DNA from: the human T2T-CHM13v2.0 reference genome, Homo sapiens
NCBI RefSeq assembly: GCF_009914755.1
Contig: NC_060942.1
Length of the DNA: 64,000 bases
Strand: one strand, 5' to 3'
Shown here: in pieces, positions 57,789 through 64,000 of the stretch
Layout of the letters: every line of letters begins with the position of its first letter
Numbering within the stretch: the stretch's first letter is position 1
The notes under the pieces: model-generated
The model's input: only the letters and a program-made list of their open reading frames with translations
Databases searched by the model: none
Told to the model about the DNA's origin: nothing
Translations under genes and position numbers: made by a program

Positions 57789-60700
57789 CTGATGCATCTA
57801 TTCTGCTTTTGTAATCAGAAAAATTTTCCTGGTTATTTTTCATAAATAAATTGAGGAAATGTTTCACCATAAGATTAAAAAAAGAGGGATGTGCTGACTG
57901 CTGGAAACAGTGTAACTTGTGTTCTCTTAAGTCCTTGCCTCCCTGTCATGCCAATGAGCCTTTGCAATGGCAATAAGCGATTCTAGATGTTCTCCTTGTG
58001 CTGAAGCCCAGACAGTAAGTGACTCCCGCTTCTGCCCCTGCCTGTTCGTGCAGCACGTGCCAGTGGAGCACGGAGGTGGGAGGAAGAGTGCATGAGGGTG
58101 TCCATCATTTTTTCAATCTATCTGCCTTACTCTCCAAACTTTTCCCTTTCCACATGGACTTTGGAATCCTCTGGCTTAGGGGAGGGAAGCCATGGCCCTG
58201 CCCCTCCCCGTGCCTCTTCCTAACCATCTGGGATAAGAGATCGCACAGTCTCTCTGCTGAGGGAGAGAAAAGATGAACAGTCACAGATGAAGCCAAATAA
58301 TCTGACCCTCTGAAGTGGGACTTACGTCCTAGGTGTCTTGGACCAAAATGGACCAAGAAGAAATAGTAACCCTCCTAGACAAAATTAGTAATCGAAGGCC
58401 TCTGACAACTTACCATTTTTTTTCTGGTGAGATTTTGGAGAGGGAGTAGCTGACTGCTGTTCATATCACTCCAGCATCGTGCAGCAGCAGTGAAAGTCAA
58501 GAGGCATCACTGCCTATACCAGAGAGATCCAAGAGGTCCTGATGCCCTGAGAGGGGTAGTGGAGTGGCTTGGGCCTCCAGGGGGTAGATTAGACTCCATG
58601 GACCAATGCACAGCAAATGGTGGGACGTAATTCTGCTGCAGTTTGAGTAGAGGAGGGCATTGCTGTGACTACAATGGCAATTTAAAAATAAGACAAATCC
58701 CATCTTTGTTCTGATCAAGGTGATGGGGGGCAAGAACAGACATTATTTTGAGTGACAGTTGGACATAAAGCATAAAACTGACTCAAAGATAATGCTGAAA
58801 TTATCAGGATCAAGAACTACAGATCTATGTGTCAGCCAAGCATCACATCACCATCTTTTGAGCTCCTTTTCAACAGCTGCACAACAGATTGCAGATGAGG
58901 GTGGGAGGGGTGTTAGCCAAGAACACTTCCAGACTGAAGACACCAAGGGCTGGGATTCATCCCTGCTGAGACTTTCGGCATCACTGCCTTGATAATTATG
59001 TCATTGATTAAGAGTAATAAATCTCTTGTTAAAATGATTTTCGATTGGAACTATTACTCTCACAACAAAACTGTATGAATAAAATTGGATTGAGGAATCA
59101 TTCAAATTCTTATATTCACTCCTAAATATTTAGAAGCCAGGCTACAAACAAAGGCAACATTATTTATAAACCTGCAACTGTTAACGTAGCAATATTATTT
59201 TGTATGCACAAACCCAATCGAGCTAAACTCACATAAATCAGACAGTTTATGAAAACAGCTCCTTGGTAGATTTTGAAAGAAAATCTGTTAAAGAACCAAG
59301 TGCTATGTTTGTGAGTAGTACAGTGAGAATTATAGTCTGTCCTCCAAACCTGCCTTCAGTTCTTTAAACTTGTATTCAAACCACTATGAAATAGAAAACT
59401 CAATATTTAATGGTATAATACTATTAAAAGAATGCGAAAACACCTAACATAGCTACAGAAATATAAAATATTATTTTTGTAAAATCTTTTTTTTTTTTAC
59501 AATATCTATAAAGCTAACCACAGAAGTCAGAATAATGCCACAACGCAAGATAAATAACACTTCAATAGGCAGGCATTAATGCATAAAGGATGAATGGAAA
59601 GGCCAAAATGTCAAATACCCAAACAGATACAGGTCAACCACGGAAGAGAGAAAGGGAGTGGAGGGGTGGGGAAGGGGAAAAGTGATGAAGACTGTTGGGA
59701 AAACAGGTTAATGTAGCTCCAGTTAAAGCCATCTAGATCAAGAAATTGTGGACATTTGCAGAAGTGCCAAGGGCTCCAAATTTCCATCATCCAAGTAACA
59801 TATTTCTGTGGAAATCTGCTGTGTCCTACTAGAAATTATCAAGTTCTTTTATCAAGGGAAAAATTTTAAGGGCTACAGTGCACTTGTTTGTGTAAGTGTC
59901 AGGTGTAAGAGTTTATGTAAAGGGATATATAATCAGATGCTTTGTTTTACTGTTTAATTTAGCTTTGGGTGTTAGAACCTAGCCTGCATTGGGCCTTCGG
60001 GGGAAGAAGAATAAACATTGACACAATCTACTGTGGATGAGCCTAGATGTCTGTGCAGGGGTGGGGAGGGAGCTACACTGCCCTTAATGTCTCCAAGAAA
60101 ACAGAACACACAATTATTTTGACCTGTTCCTACATGAAAGCTGGCAGTGATGTGAAAAATACTTTCCTCACACTTGGACTCAAATTCTTAGGCAAAATAC
60201 CATCTTTCTTATGTTTTGAGCAGCCAGCTATACAATGGAACCTCACAAATAATAACTGAGAATGAAATGAAAACAATTTGTGTTGTGCAGAGATAACAAA
60301 ATATGCGTAAGAGAAAGAAGAGGTAAATGCCTCATGACCGAAGAACATTCTTTGTAAACCACATATTTTTTTTGTCTCATTCCAAAAACAGAAAAAGAAA
60401 AATGCTGTTATTAAGGACTCAGTAGTGGGTGGTGGATAAATAGCATCAAGAAGGATGTACTAATGATGGTGTCTTAAAATAAGTAAAGGCAATTTTTGTT
60501 GGCCAGAAGCCATACCCTATAATTTATTATGTTCAATCCAAACAGTGTGATTCATTAAGAATCCTGAGAATGAGATGTGACGTCCAAAATTATTCATGCA
60601 GGACACTGGAACCGAAGTTAATTATTTGAAAGAAAAATTGTGCAAGTAATGCCCTAATCATTTCCACTTGAAGCCACTAACCAAAGTCAAAGCAAAATTT

Positions 60701-61255
60701 CTGATACTCCATGCATTTAAACAGGGGTAAAGGGACACTTCAAGAATTAACTACAGAAAACATTCTGTCAACATAAGGCTTGTTACAGCAAACATGACTT
60801 CGGTCATCAATTGTTACGTGTTATGCCTATTTGTAATATTAACTTGTAATAAAAATATTGATATATTTTCTCCATGTATTAGTCAATTGTGTATTTTTTG
60901 GTATTACACTGAGTTTTCAGAGAGACTCCAGAACTATATATATATTATATATATTATATATAGTATATTATATATGTAAAATAAATGACTGTACTATTAG
61001 TAAATTAAAAATCATATGATTAAAGTGAAACAATCTAAAAACATTATTTCAGTATAACTCAGGCAAATGTACACTTTCCATCTTATCCTATTTATAAGGT
61101 TCCCTAAGAACCAGAATAAGTTGTTTTTCTTTACATTCTGGTCTATAGAAGTCATCTCTTCTTTGCAGAGTCCTTTCTGGCAATAGTAATCCTGGAGCTT
61201 TTTACAGACTACATATTTCTGGAAAGCAAAGTCTTGTTTAAATTTGTCTTCTTAA

Positions 61256-61338
61256 ATATATATATATATATATGTATATGTATATATATGTATATATGTA
61301 TATGTATATATATACACACATACACACACACATATATA
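61256..61338. repeat. Compound (TA)n/(TATG)n/(CA)n microsatellite
   Basis: Read directly. Confidence 0.9.
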
Positions 61339-61725
61339 GTTTATTAGAACTGCTAAATTGTACTACTAATCTTATAGTACTAAAAATCTAATTTTATAAA
61401 ATTATCTGCTTATGTGAAATACGGAGGGTGTATAATGTCAAGAGTGATGTTAAGAGCTTAATATAATGTTCAGTTTTGAAAACATTGAATGCAATTTGTC
61501 AACTCAGGGCAGGATGGTAGTAGAGGCTAGAGAATTTCTGAGTTTTGTGAAGACAATGACTGTTAATTGTTCAGATTCCAAATAAGTTCCTGGAGCTAGC
61601 ATATATTCATTCTTTATTGGGGACTCAAGTTGTTCCAGGAATCATGACATAGTATCATGAATGTAAACATGGGCACACACAATACCAAAACATTATTCTA
61701 TTTTTGTCTATATTCACTCATGCTA

Positions 61726-62149
<424 letters not shown>

Positions 62150-63535
62150 TTACTAACAGCTTTAGTTTAACAGACAGGATTTGTTATGGTTTAAAAAATT
62201 TTTTAAGGGATTGGGAAAAAAATCCAAAAATCTCTGATGCAAAAACAACATACCTGATTTTAAGAACATTTTCAACTATTTAGTGATAAAATCGCAATGA
62301 TTCTCCATTTCACCAATGTTTGACAGTCTTTTTAAAGAAGCAATACTTTGAATGAGATGAAATCAGTACACAAATGACGAAAAGTAAATCTTTATACAAT
62401 CCTGTACTTATACATGGATATATTAGTATACTATAATAATATTGAAAAAACTGAATCTCTTTTCAATAAGTATTTATGTGTAGATCCTGAACTGGGGCAT
62501 GCAATAAGAAAATCAACCTAAAAATTCTCAGCCACCAAAAATATCTTGATTCTTTGCTAATTGCCTACTTAAAATATAACAGACTATTTACAAATACTTT
62601 AAAGAAAGTAATTACATGTTCTGGATAACATTTCTCCTGTTGTTATATTTTCTGTTATTTTCTGGGAAGTGCTTAGCCCTATTTAAAGAAATTAATTGCA
62701 TCTTGTATTTTTTTAAATGATTAAGGGAATGTTTAATGTGTACTTTCAGATTCCAGAGAAATGTTGAAAAAATGAGAGTGGCCTTTAAGCTTCAAAATTC
62801 AAATAACCTGAAGTCCAATGATGGAAGCACAAATCATTCACTCATTGTTGTATCACATAAATGGTGCCTGGGCAAAAAATAAAGAGAATGGAAGAATAAA
62901 TAAAACTTTTTCACTTCGAGAAATGTGATTTGACTCCTGGTATCCCCAGAAAGAGCTGACAGTGGGTGAAAGTCAGTATAAGAAAGATAATCCAGGGTTT
63001 CCAAGCATAGCAGCATTGTTGACACATGAACCGGTTGTGACAGGTGTGAACACTGAAAACTTATTATAAATTAGCCAAACTGTTCACATCATCAATTACT
63101 CCCCAGCTCAGTGATACTCAGGCTTCTTGTTCTTCCTTGTCTGAACAGGCTGTGAATATCTCCCTCTAATAACCATTCTGGGGTTCCTTTGTGCCATAAT
63201 CGGTGTTTCCATTTTATTAAATTACTTCATCTTTCCGTTATGCCACATGTCGTAGGTGAGATGGAGTATAGAACATTTCAATATCTCGATAATAAGAACA
63301 GTAAAAATAACGCTAATTTAGAAGTCAAAGAAGTTCTTGAGACATGCATTTACACATGCATGTAATATAAGCTTATTTCAATCCTGTATAAATGGTATTA
63401 TATATATTAGCCTTAATTCATGTAAGATGAAAATACAATTTGATCTGTTCACATCAGTGTAGCACCATTGATTTAGCACCTTTGTGCAAAACATCAGCTT
63501 TTCAATAAAAAGTAAAACGCAGCTGCCTATACTTT

Positions 63536-63830
63536 TTTTTTTTGTTTGAGACAGTCTTTCTCTGTCACCTAGTCTTTAGTGCAGTGGCGCTAGCATGGTT
63601 TACTGTAGCCTCAAATTCCTGGGCTAAAAGCAATCCTTCTGTCTCAGCCTCCCACGTAACTGGGATCACAGGCACTTGGCACTATGCACAGCTTATTTGA
63701 AAAAATGTTTTTGTAGAAACAGGATCTCACTATGTTGACCAGGCTGGTCTCGAACTCCGGGCCTCAAGGGATCCTTCCGCTTCAGCCTCCCAAGGCACTA
63801 GATTACAGGCATGAGCCACCTAACACGGCC
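63536..63830 (-). mobile_element. AluJ
   Basis: Diverged antisense dimer; TSD GCCTATACTTT at 63525-63535 and 63832-63842. Confidence 0.9.
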
Positions 63831-64000
63831 AGCCTATACTTTTATGAAATGTTTGTTTTAATTATAGTTTTATATGTTTATATTTATATACATTATCTTA
63901 GAATATAAATATATAACATAAATATAAATTTTATATATTATATTCATATTTATATTTATATACATTATTTTCTTTTAGATTGCCTTGAGTTATAATTTAC

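Overview
AT-rich primate genomic DNA, most likely human because it carries an AluYb-lineage insertion. It reads as intronic or intergenic: I recognise no cellular protein-coding exon, RNA gene, CpG island or CRISPR-like array, and almost all listed ORFs are Alu, L1 or LTR read-throughs or chance ORFs. More than half of the window is interspersed repeat. It includes a full-length but dead L1PA with a 14-bp TSD (15893-22195), a near-full-length ancient L1MC-type element hosting a stack of younger insertions (~22.9-33.8 kb), a three-LTR MSTA/THE1 chimeric MaLR, about 20 Alus, solo LTRs, DNA transposon fossils and MIR/L2 relics. I found no new biological system. The best observations are structural: a young AluYb inserted in reverse into an older Alu, making an almost spacer-free inverted pair; the MSTA/THE1 recombinant; a 152-bp locally templated duplication; a snap-back templated insertion scar; an AGGTCA-bearing 20-bp minisatellite; an L1 ORF0 remnant; and many microhomology-flanked deletions. 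Subfamily names come from recalled consensus motifs, not a RepeatMasker run, and boundaries of old elements are approximate.
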